A stretch of 32,000 nt of DNA, taken from Nitrosomonas europaea (GTDB lineage Bacteria > Pseudomonadota > Gammaproteobacteria > Burkholderiales > Nitrosomonadaceae). Positions 18,794 to 27,300 of this stretch are shown here, piece after piece; position 1 is the first letter of the stretch; each line of letters opens with the position of its first letter. The stretch lies in assembly GCF_900167395.1 (NCBI RefSeq), contig NZ_FUWK01000026.1, positions 10,204 to 42,203 on the forward strand, given 5' to 3'. The notes beneath the pieces were generated by a model, which saw nothing but the letters and a program-made list of their open reading frames with translations, did not search any database and was not told the origin of the DNA. The position numbers were made by a program, and so were the translations under genes.

Positions 18794-19939
18794 ATGCCGA
18801 ATCTGCCCGCCCTTCCAGATATGGGTCTGCCTGTCGTAACCAGCGACCTCACAGCAACCCTTTTACCGGGCGTTGCCAGCCCCATTGTTCCCGGACAGCC
18901 AATCGAACAGGCATTTAGCAGCATCCTGATCAGTATGATGAAAAGCGATCAGGCCATTGAAGACGACACCGAAAATCCGGCACCGGTATCAATCGATGCA
19001 CTCATAGCCGGCATGATAGCTGCGCCGGCCAATCCACCTCAGCTCGTTCCATCTCAGCCCGCACCGGATGCACTGGACACACCGAATGCACCGGACGCAC
19101 CGGCGGAAGAACTGTTATCCATGCTGGCGACAAGCATGATGCCGAATACCGGCCAGCCAGTGACGGATGAGCCTGTTACCTTCCCCGCAGGCGGACTGGC
19201 ATCTGCAACGCCGCCAAATCTGCCATCGGACTCTGGCCGACACGCTGCCGATCCACTCCAGACAACCAGCCAGGCTCACGCTGCTCCTCTCCCTGCTGAA
19301 CTCCCGGCCGGAAATATCAGTACAAGTACCCCGTTTCCCGCTCCTGTGAACAGCTTTAATCAGGCAATCGATGCGGCAAATTTTGCCGATAGCGGCAAAT
19401 CCTTGCCGCCTTCGATGACATCTGTCCCGGTAACACCTGTAGCCGCACATACCAGCAGCACGCCACTGACTGATATTGCTGCTGATACCACGGCGAATGA
19501 TGCGCCGGCTATTGCCGCAGAATTTGGCCAGCCGGACTGGCCGGAAGAATTCGGCCGTAAAATCACCTGGCTGGCGACACAGCGGATGCAAGCGGCAGAA
19601 CTGAAACTGCATCCAGCCCATCTCGGCCCGATAGAAATTTCACTGCAGTTATCCGATGATCAGCGGCTTACGGCACAATTCATTTCACACCACCCCGCAG
19701 TCCGTGAAGCCATCGAAGCCAATCTGCCAAGATTGCGTGAGATCATGGCAGAAAACGGAATTACGCTGGCTGATACCTCAGTCAGTGCAGATACACCCGG
19801 GCAGCAGGCAGAAAACAGACAAGGCAGTCCCTTCCGCCGCCCGGCAGCCGGTGATCACTCCACCTACGATTCCACCAGTCCGCAGACACCAGCCTTACAG
19901 GCAACCAGACGTTCCAGCCTCATCGATACGTTCGCCTGA
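18794..19939 (+). CDS. fliK: flagellar hook-length control protein FliK
   Basis: Pro/Ala-rich N-terminal ruler region. C-terminal Flg_hook domain: AAELKLHPAHLGPIEISLQLSDDQRLTAQFISHHPAVREAIEANLPRLREIMAENGITL. I prefer ATG 18794 after GAGGA; the longest ORF starts at 18758. Confidence 0.85.
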   Translation: MPNLPALPDMGLPVVTSDLTATLLPGVASPIVPGQPIEQAFSSILISMMKSDQAIEDDTENPAPVSIDALIAGMIAAPANPPQLVPSQPAPDALDTPNAPDAPAEELLSMLATSMMPNTGQPVTDEPVTFPAGGLASATPPNLPSDSGRHAADPLQTTSQAHAAPLPAELPAGNISTSTPFPAPVNSFNQAIDAANFADSGKSLPPSMTSVPVTPVAAHTSSTPLTDIAADTTANDAPAIAAEFGQPDWPEEFGRKITWLATQRMQAAELKLHPAHLGPIEISLQLSDDQRLTAQFISHHPAVREAIEANLPRLREIMAENGITLADTSVSADTPGQQAENRQGSPFRRPAAGDHSTYDSTSPQTPALQATRRSSLIDTFA

Positions 19940-20073
19940 CAAGCTTACCGCTTCTGCTTCACACTCACTCCCTCATGCCCGGCATCGGCAAGGGCCATCT
20001 GCTTCATTGATAAGCCCGACAGGTAAAATCCAGGTCCCTTGCCAGAATCAAAAAGTCTTCTTCAGAAATTCCC

Positions 20074-20101
20074 TAAATGTAACAAGACGCTATGCCGTAA
20101 A
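20074..20101 (+). promoter_or_regulatory. candidate FliA (sigma-28) class-III-type promoter
   Basis: TAAATGTA-N12-GCCGTAAA compared with the consensus TAAAGTTT-N11-GCCGATAA. It lies about 120 nt upstream of the repeat-protein start codon. Confidence 0.45.
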
Positions 20102-20219
20102 GAGAAATAACGCCATAAAGGCTAGCGTAATGCCCGTAATACTGAGCATATTTTAGATCTAATGCCCTTATCCGCATTGATACCGAATAGGGACCCAACA
20201 AGTTTTGGAGAAAATAATT

Positions 20220-22241
20220 ATGTCGATTATCAGCAGCCTGACCCCAACCCAAATCTCTGCGTTGACAACGACGCAGATAAAAGATCTCACCACAGGAGAT
20301 ATGAAAGCGCTTTCTGACAAGCAGATCAACGCGATGACATCCACTCAGATCGCGGCCATTGAAACGCAAGATCTGGTCATCCTGAGCGGCAAGCAGATCG
20401 GGGCTTTTAATCCAAACCAATTTACCTACGGTTTGACCACCACACAAATCCAGGCGATTAATAAGGCGCAGGCCACCGGGCTTACCGCTGCCCAACTAAA
20501 AGACATGAATAGCGGCGATCTCTCCAGCCTGAGTGCAGACGCACTGGGCGCATTGTCCGCCAAGCAAATTCAGGGATTGAATTCCACTAACATCGAATCA
20601 CTTACAACAGCTCAGGCAGCCGTACTCAGCTACCAACAAATAGCAGCTATTAGCATAGATGCCGTCAAGGGATTTGAAACCGAGGATCTGGCTCAAATTA
20701 GCACCGCTGCCATCAAAGGTTTGACTGCTGCACAACTCGGTGCCCTGAACAGTGAGCAATTCAGCTCTCTGGATTCCAGCCAGGTGCAAGCCCTTTCCGC
20801 CAAACAAATCCAGGCGCTGGGCACGGATGTAATCAAGAATTTAACAACCAGCGACATGAAGGAGTTCTCTGCCACCCAGGTCGCTGCCCTGAGTAGCGCA
20901 CAACTGAAAGAACTCTCCAGCGGCCAACTTTCAGCCCGAAGTACAGACGCACTGGGTGCATTGTCTGCCAAGCAGATTCAGGGGCTGGATGCAACCAACT
21001 TATCCACCGACACTATCAGTGCACTGACCGCCAAACAAATCGCAGCACTGACCACAACTCAATTGAGTGGAATGAACAGCAGCCAGATCGGAGCTATCTC
21101 AACGAGTGGCATCGCCAGCCTGACCGCCGCACAAATCAAGGGATTGAGCAGTGCAAACGTGGAAGCGCTAACCTCAGATCAGGCTAAAATCCTGTCTGCC
21201 AAACAGCTTGCAGGCCTTGGCACAGATGCCGTCAAGGGATTTGAAACCGCAGATCTGGCTAAAATTGATGCCGCCGCCATCAAAGGTTTGACTGCCGCGC
21301 AACTCGGCGCACTGGGCAGTGCACAATTCAACTCTCTGGATTCCAGCCAGGTGCAAGCCCTTTCTGCCAAACAAATCCAGGCGCTGGGCACGGATGTAAT
21401 CAAGAATTTAACAACCAGCGACATGAAGGAGTTCTCTGCCACCCAGGTCGCAACGCTGACCACAGCTCAGTTAAACGCTATGGATAGCGACCAGATCGGC
21501 GCTATCTCAACGAGTGGCATCGCCAGCCTGACCGCCGCACAAATCAAGGGATTGAGCAGTGCAAACGTGGAAGCGCTAACCTCAGATCAGGCTAAAATCC
21601 TGTCTGCCAAACAGCTTGCAGGCCTTGGCACAGACGCCGTCAAGGGATTTGAAACCGGTGATCTGGCTCAAATTAGCACCGCCGCCATCAAGGGTTTGAC
21701 TGCCGCGCAACTCGGCGCGCTGGGCAGTGCACAATTCAACTCTCTGGATTCCAGCCAGGTGCAAGCCCTTTCTGCCAAACAAATCCAGTCACTGGGCACG
21801 GATGTAATCAAGAATTTAACAACCAGCGACATGAAGGAGTTCTCTGCCACCCAGGTCGCAACGCTGACCACAGCTCAGTTAAACGCTATGGATAGCGACC
21901 AGATCGGCGCTATCTCAACGAGTGGCATCGCCAGCCTGACCGCAGCACAAATCAAGGGATTGAGCAGCGCAAGCGTGGAGGCGCTAACCTCAGATCAGGC
22001 TGCAGCCCTGTCCGCCAAACAGCTTGCAGGCCTTAGCACAGATGCCGTCAAGGGATTTGAAACCGGTGACCTGGCTCAAATTAGCACCGCTGCCATCAAA
22101 GGTCTGACTATAGGTCAAATCAAAGAATTAAGTACTGATCAAGTAACAGCACTGACATCAGATCAGGTACAAGCCCTTTCTGCCAAACAGATTCAGGCCT
22201 TCACCACGGATCAGATTCAACACCTGAATTTTGGCAGCTAA
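20220..22241 (+). CDS. octad-repeat protein (673 aa), uncharacterised; no signal peptide
   Basis: ATG 20220 is preceded by GGAG; the track ORF begins at TTG 20205. Almost the whole protein parses as 8-aa units (LTPTQISA LTTTQIKD LTTGDMKA LSDKQINA ...). It has no Cys and no Trp. A strong terminator follows. Confidence 0.85.
   Translation: MSIISSLTPTQISALTTTQIKDLTTGDMKALSDKQINAMTSTQIAAIETQDLVILSGKQIGAFNPNQFTYGLTTTQIQAINKAQATGLTAAQLKDMNSGDLSSLSADALGALSAKQIQGLNSTNIESLTTAQAAVLSYQQIAAISIDAVKGFETEDLAQISTAAIKGLTAAQLGALNSEQFSSLDSSQVQALSAKQIQALGTDVIKNLTTSDMKEFSATQVAALSSAQLKELSSGQLSARSTDALGALSAKQIQGLDATNLSTDTISALTAKQIAALTTTQLSGMNSSQIGAISTSGIASLTAAQIKGLSSANVEALTSDQAKILSAKQLAGLGTDAVKGFETADLAKIDAAAIKGLTAAQLGALGSAQFNSLDSSQVQALSAKQIQALGTDVIKNLTTSDMKEFSATQVATLTTAQLNAMDSDQIGAISTSGIASLTAAQIKGLSSANVEALTSDQAKILSAKQLAGLGTDAVKGFETGDLAQISTAAIKGLTAAQLGALGSAQFNSLDSSQVQALSAKQIQSLGTDVIKNLTTSDMKEFSATQVATLTTAQLNAMDSDQIGAISTSGIASLTAAQIKGLSSASVEALTSDQAAALSAKQLAGLSTDAVKGFETGDLAQISTAAIKGLTIGQIKELSTDQVTALTSDQVQALSAKQIQAFTTDQIQHLNFGS
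20505..22110 (+). repeat. 408-bp (136-aa, 17-octad) tandem coding super-repeats
   Basis: Units start at 20505 (divergent), 21072, 21480 and 21888 (partial). The 21072 and 21480 units are near-identical at nucleotide level. The 408-nt spacing is also visible in the duplicated antisense ORFs of the track (21174 and 21582). Confidence 0.9.
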
Positions 22242-22280
22242 ACTGTCGATAGCTACTAATTAACAGCAGATATTTACTAA

Positions 22281-22318
22281 CCACGATATTGGAGCTGATC
22301 CGATATCGTGGTTTTTTT
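22281..22318 (+). terminator. rho-independent terminator of the repeat-protein gene
   Basis: CCACGATAT...ATATCGTGG stem followed by TTTTTTT. Confidence 0.85.
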
Positions 22319-22458
22319 ATTGGCAGTACAAGCAGCAATAGAACAGGCGTCCGGAACATCCCGGAAATATATCCATTTCTGTCACCAGATTCAGCGGAGT
22401 CATGTAGCTTTTAGGATGTCAGAAACTAATGTACTATTTCTTACATAGAGAGATATCC

Positions 22459-23055
22459 ATGAACACACTGCCCGAGACCATCCTGCAACAAGCACGATCT
22501 CTCCAAGAGGGAGGTATTCTGTCGCCCAGGGAATTCCTGCACCTGGGAAGCCGGTCGGCGGTAGATCAGGCATTTTCCAGACTGGCCAAGGCCGGTAGAC
22601 TACTGCGCGTGGCGCGTGGCACCTACGCCATCCCGGTTTCCAGCCGGTTCGGCTCACGCGCTCCCGCTCCCGAGAAAGTCATCAGGGCGCTGGCCGAACA
22701 AAGCGGTGAAATCGTCGTACCACATGGCGCCAGCGCGGCCAATGTCCTGGGCCTGACGCAGCAGGTACCCATCCGCGAGGTCTATCTGACCTCCGGACGC
22801 ACCCGAAAGCTGAAGCTCGGCCGCTCGGAAGTGCTCATCAAGCACGCCCCGCGCTGGATGCTGGCGCTGGGTACACGACCAGCCGGCGCGGCCGTGCGCG
22901 CACTGGCCTGGATTGGACCCACACACGCTGGCAAGTCGCTGGCATCGCTGCGCCGTATTCTTCCTCTCCCCGAATGGCAAGCGTTGATCTCAGCGCGAGC
23001 AACGCTGCCCGGCTGGATGGCACAAGCCATCGGCGAGGAAGCCGCGCGTGGCTGA
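22459..23055 (+). CDS. abiEi: AbiEi-family type IV toxin-antitoxin system antitoxin (transcriptional regulator)
   Basis: N-terminal wHTH-like region with GILSPREFLHLGSRSAVDQAFSRLAKAGRLLRVARGTYA, typical of AbiEi_4/DUF6088 antitoxins. It overlaps the downstream AbiEii gene by 8 nt. I prefer the start at ATG 22459; the longest ORF starts at 22429. Confidence 0.8.
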   Translation: MNTLPETILQQARSLQEGGILSPREFLHLGSRSAVDQAFSRLAKAGRLLRVARGTYAIPVSSRFGSRAPAPEKVIRALAEQSGEIVVPHGASAANVLGLTQQVPIREVYLTSGRTRKLKLGRSEVLIKHAPRWMLALGTRPAGAAVRALAWIGPTHAGKSLASLRRILPLPEWQALISARATLPGWMAQAIGEEAARG

Positions 23056-24070
23056 ATATTTCTTTGACCTGAACAAAAGAGATCAACGCGAAGCGCTGGA
23101 ATACGGGCGGGCCGAAACCGGCCGCCCCATTCACCTGCTTGAAAAGGATATATGGGTAGTGTGGGCGCTGCGCGCCCTGTTCGTATCACCGTTGTCGGCC
23201 GACTTGACATTCAAGGGTGGCACATCACTGTCGAAGGTTTACAAGCTCATCGACCGCTTCTCCGAAGATATCGACCTGACCTGCGACATCCGCAAGCTGA
23301 TCCCGGACCTGGTCGGCAAAGGCGACGAACTGCCGGCCAGCCGCAGCCAGGCTGGCAAGTGGACGCAGACCGTGCGGCATCGGCTGCCAGACTGGATCAT
23401 GCAGAACGTGCAGCCAGTGGTTCAAGCGGCCCTGGTCCGCGAGCAACTGAACGCCCGATTGGAACTCGGCGGCTCAGACAACGACAAGCTGTTCCTGCAC
23501 TACCCCGCTCTGGCGCAAGGCACGGGATACGTAGCGCCTGTCGTCACACTGGAGTTCGGCGGCCGCGCCACTGGCGAGCCGCACCAGGTATTCCCGATTA
23601 CTTGCGACATCGCCGCACATCTGGCTGACGTGTCGTTCCCCATCGCGTCACCGCTGGTCATGAGCGTCGCGCGTACCTTTTGGGAGAAGGCCACTGCTGC
23701 ACATGTGTTCTGCGCACAAGGCCGCATTCGCAGCGAACGCTACGCACGGCATTGGCACGACCTGGCCGCGATCGCACGCAGCCCGCATTTCGCAGCCGTA
23801 ATTGCGGATCGTACGGTGGCAATCGCTGTTGCCCGCCACAAGTCATACTTCTTCATCGAGAAAGATGCAGATGGCCAAGCCATCGACTACATAGCCGCGA
23901 CCACAGGGCATCTGAAAATCGTCCCCGAGGGCGAGGCCAAAGCCGCACTCGCCAGGGACTATGCGGCCATGCTGGCCGATGAAGTGATGGTGGGCAATGC
24001 CTTATCCTTCGATGCATTGTTAAAGGCATGTGCCGACCTCGAAGCCAGGGTGAACAGGGCTGCCTTGTAG
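23048..24070 (+). CDS. abiEii: AbiEii/AbiGii-family nucleotidyltransferase toxin
   Basis: FKGGTSLSKVYKLIDRFSEDIDL is the hallmark NTase motif of AbiEii. The GTG start overlaps the antitoxin stop (GTGGCTGA). The segment is GC-rich. Confidence 0.88.
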   Translation: MAEYFFDLNKRDQREALEYGRAETGRPIHLLEKDIWVVWALRALFVSPLSADLTFKGGTSLSKVYKLIDRFSEDIDLTCDIRKLIPDLVGKGDELPASRSQAGKWTQTVRHRLPDWIMQNVQPVVQAALVREQLNARLELGGSDNDKLFLHYPALAQGTGYVAPVVTLEFGGRATGEPHQVFPITCDIAAHLADVSFPIASPLVMSVARTFWEKATAAHVFCAQGRIRSERYARHWHDLAAIARSPHFAAVIADRTVAIAVARHKSYFFIEKDADGQAIDYIAATTGHLKIVPEGEAKAALARDYAAMLADEVMVGNALSFDALLKACADLEARVNRAAL

Positions 24071-24106
24071 CGACAACAGGATCAACAAGGACTGCCTGGG
24101 AGAGCT

Positions 24107-24181
24107 ACGCGTGTTTCACGATTGCAGATAGAGAACTTCCGCGGCATCAGGAAAGCGGAGCTTCATTTTTCGGGCCATTGA
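24107..24181 (+). pseudogene. 5' stub of an AAA/OLD-RecF-like ATPase gene (truncated before Walker A)
   Basis: The frame reads (T)RVSRLQIENFRGIRKAELHFSGH*. This is the classic N-terminal strand of AAA_15/OLD/SMC-like ATPases (MR.S.L.IENFR.I). ACG sits where ATG is expected. The stub ends at TGA 24179-24181, exactly at the palindrome and the GC-content drop. Confidence 0.4.
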
Positions 24182-24199
24182 ATCGCCCCGGGGCGATTC
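24180..24199. repeat. perfect 20-nt palindrome at the right junction of the GC-rich island
   Basis: GAATCGCCCCGGGGCGATTC is self-complementary over all 20 nt. Confidence 0.9.
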
Positions 24200-24311
24200 A
24201 GAAGTGCTCACAAATAACCTGAAATTATCGGGTTAATCAGCACTTTTGCGGGATCACCCAGCTGATAGATTGCAGAGCATAACTGTTACTGCTTTTTATC
24301 AGGAGCCAAAC

Positions 24312-27300
24312 GTGCCAACCCATTCCCTATCTGATTACACCAGCTGGATCGAACGCACCTGGCAGGGCCAGGTTTCCTTTACCGAGCTGGTCACTTACGC
24401 TGAAACGTTAAATTCACATCCCGCGCTGTGCGCTGCACTCTACCGCACCTGGCTGCAGCGTAATACAGGCGTTTTCAACAGCGTTGCCTGGTTCAATCTC
24501 GGCGTTATTCTTTTTGCTGAAAATAACCTGATTGATTCGATTGAAGCTTTCCAGAAGGCACTGGCGCTTAGCCCGGCTTTCCCCCAGGCCCGTATCAATC
24601 TCGGACTGGCGCTTGAACGCCAGGGCAATGCAGAAGCCGCCATTGAACAATGGCAGGCAGTTGTTGAGAACGCCATCACGCCGGAAGCTGATCAAAATAC
24701 CGGGCCAAACCAGGCAGATCAGATAAAAAACCTGACCATGGCGCTCAACAACATCGGGCGCCTGCAGGAAACCCGGCGGCAATATCAGGCAGCCACTCAG
24801 GCGCTGGAAAAAAGCCTGCAGCTTGACCCTGATCAGCCGGATGCCATCCACCACCTGATTTTTCAGCGCCAGAAACAATGCCAGTGGCCGGTTTACGCAC
24901 CAGTGGGCAAGGTCACAGAAGCGGTATTGCATGAACACACCTCGGCGCTTGCCATGCTGAATATCTCGGATGCCCCGGAAGCCCAGCTTACCGCTGCCCT
25001 GAACTACAGCCGCCGCAAGATTCCGGCTGATCTGCCTCGGCTATCCCCTGCCAATGGTTACCGCCACGACAAGATTCGAGTTGCCTATTGCTCCAGCGAT
25101 TTTTGTACTCACCCGGTTGCCATGCTCACGGTTGAACTGTTTGAGCACCACGACAAAAACCGCTTTGAAACCTATGCTTTCTGCTGGTCGCCGGACGATG
25201 GTTCAACCTTGCGCCAGCGTATTCTTTCTGCCGTGGATCATTACATTCCCGTGCACGGCAAAAGTGATGACGAAGTTGCCCAACTCATCCGCCAGCACGA
25301 GATTGATATTCTCATCGATCTGCAAGGCCAGACTAGCGGCGCTAAAACCCGCATGCTGGCCATGCGCCCGGCACCTATGCAAATCACCTATCTGGGCCTG
25401 CCGGCCACTACGGGTTTGCCGGGAATTGATTATGTCATCGCCGACCGCTACCTGATTCCCGAAGAATATGCCCGCTTCTACAGCGAAAAACCGCTCTATA
25501 TGCCGGATGTCTATCAGGTTAGCGACCGCAAGCGCGAACACAGCCCCGCCCCCACCCGCAAGGATTGCGGCCTGCCCGCGCGCAAGTTTGTGTTCTGTTC
25601 CTTCAACAACAACCACAAATACACACTGGAAGTGTTTACCACCTGGATGAACATTCTGCGCCGCGTTCCCAACAGCGTGCTGTGGCTGCTGGCGGACAAC
25701 CCCTGGGCCAGGGAAAACCTGCAAAAACAGGCCAAAGCACAGGGCATTGACCCGAAACGACTGGTATTTGCCGAACGCACCATGCCAGCCGATTATCTGG
25801 CGCGCTATTTGGTTGCTGACCTGTTCCTCGACACTTTCCCCTTCAATGCCGGCACCACCGCTAATGATGCGTTATGGATGGGCCTGCCGGTGCTGACCAT
25901 GAGTGGACGTTCCTTCGCTTCCCGCATGGCAGGTGCACTGCTGACTGCCGCCGATCTACCTGAACTCATCACTCATGATCTGCAAACTTATGAAGATAAA
26001 GCGGTAGCCCTGGCTGCAGATGCCAAAGCGCGCAAAACCATGCGCCAGAAACTGGCGCTGGCCAAAGAAAGCGGCCCGCTGTTCGATTCGCTGCGCTTTA
26101 CCCGTAATCTGGAACAGCAATACATCGCGCTCGTCAGTGAACTGCAAAACCCGTCTCAGCACATCAATATCAGCGCACAACCTGAACCGACAAAATTGGG
26201 AGAGCCGGCACAGCCCAACCCAATCATCGCTACTGTTCAGGAGGCAGAAGCACTGCAAGCCAGGGGAGATACACAAGGCGCTATCCAGCTCTACCGCCAG
26301 TGGCTTGAGCACGCCCATTCAGGAGATGAATGGATAGCCCAGTTCAATCTGGGTGTACTGCTGAGAGACGGGGGAGATATCACAGGTGCACAACAAGCCT
26401 TTCAGGCTGTGTTGAAGCAAAAACCGGATTTCGTACAGGCAAGAGCGGCGTTAGGGAAATTACCGGCGCCGGTGACAACCGAGAGCCAGAAACACGGGGC
26501 AATCATTGGCCCACTACAAACCAACTCTCCAATTAGTACAAAGAGCAAGGAGCAGATAACGCAGATTTTTTCAGAAACGCCTAAGATCAAGTTGCTGGTC
26601 GAGGGGTGGAGAGGAATAAACCATTCGTTTGCCTTGGTAAATCAATACCATCTGTACGAGTGGATGCGATCCAGTCAATTACATATTTATCATCGCGATA
26701 TGCCCTTGCTCTTCTCGCATTGGGAAACGAACAAGAACAGGGGTAATACAGGGCTTCCGGGAACATACAGCCAGCGACTAGCACAAGTTCAGCACTGGAG
26801 TGGTCAGACCTATGATGCATGTTTCCGTATCTATTCACCGGTCACATTGGCGCCGGATGACAAACATCCAGTTTCTACATTCCTCGTAACAGAGCTCGGA
26901 TTGGATGAAACGCAAATTGCTCATTTCAGACCCAATCTCAAGGCCTATTTCAATATGGGAGGAAACATTGTCACTCCATCTCATTGGTCAAAAGAAAGAA
27001 TTATTGAAGCTGGCATACCAGCTGAGCATATCCATCTTATTTCCCACGGTGTAGCCTCAAATATCTTCCATCCAATGCATTCAGATGAACGTGCCATTCA
27101 TCGCCAACGCTTGGGATTTGATCGTGAGGCAGTTATTTTCCTCAATGTAGCTGCTCCGATATGGAACAAGGGACTGGATCTCTTGATTCAGGCTTTTGTC
27201 CAGTGTTTCCATCAGAATCCTCATACCAGGCTGCTCATCAAAGATCAGCAGGCTGTTTATGGTATCAGCACCAAGGATACAGTTTTACGCGAGATAACAC

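Noticed and set aside
19987-20043. 8-bp inverted repeat GGCAAGGG...CCCTTGCC after fliK, as a possible terminator.
   Set aside because: The loop is about 41 nt and there is no T-run. It could be a structural element of the spacer, but the evidence is insufficient.
20598-21871. Several 66-94-aa ORFs on the minus strand inside the octad-repeat gene (20598-20807, 20693-20971, 21174-21374, 21179-21463, 21582-21782, 21668-21871).
   Set aside because: They recur at the 408-nt repeat period and are simply antisense reading frames left open by the biased Ala/Ser/Thr/Gln codon content of the plus-strand gene. They show no RBS or independent signal.
20505-22110. Regularly spaced repeats that could superficially suggest a CRISPR array or satellite.
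   Set aside because: The period is 408 bp with no short repeat/spacer alternation. The whole region is one uninterrupted ORF with a clear start, RBS and terminator.
24180-24212. A 13-14-nt identity (GAATCGCCCCGGG) plus a nearby CAGAAGTG, shared between the palindrome at 24180 and the IS3 left end at 31666-31686. This hinted at a solo IS end at the AbiE junction.
   Set aside because: A few 14-nt matches are expected by chance in a 32-kb window when both strands are compared. The CAGAAGTG piece is in the wrong relative orientation. The alignment does not extend to a TG...CA terminus. I keep it only as something to test by BLAST against the full IS.
22400-24222. Long alternative-frame and antisense ORFs in the AbiE region (for example 22782-23210 minus, 23152-23628 plus, 23680-23982 plus, 24028-24222 plus).
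   Set aside because: These are the typical stop-codon-poor shadow frames of GC-rich DNA, with Arg/Pro/Ala-rich nonsense translations. The AbiEi and AbiEii frames carry the recognisable motifs.
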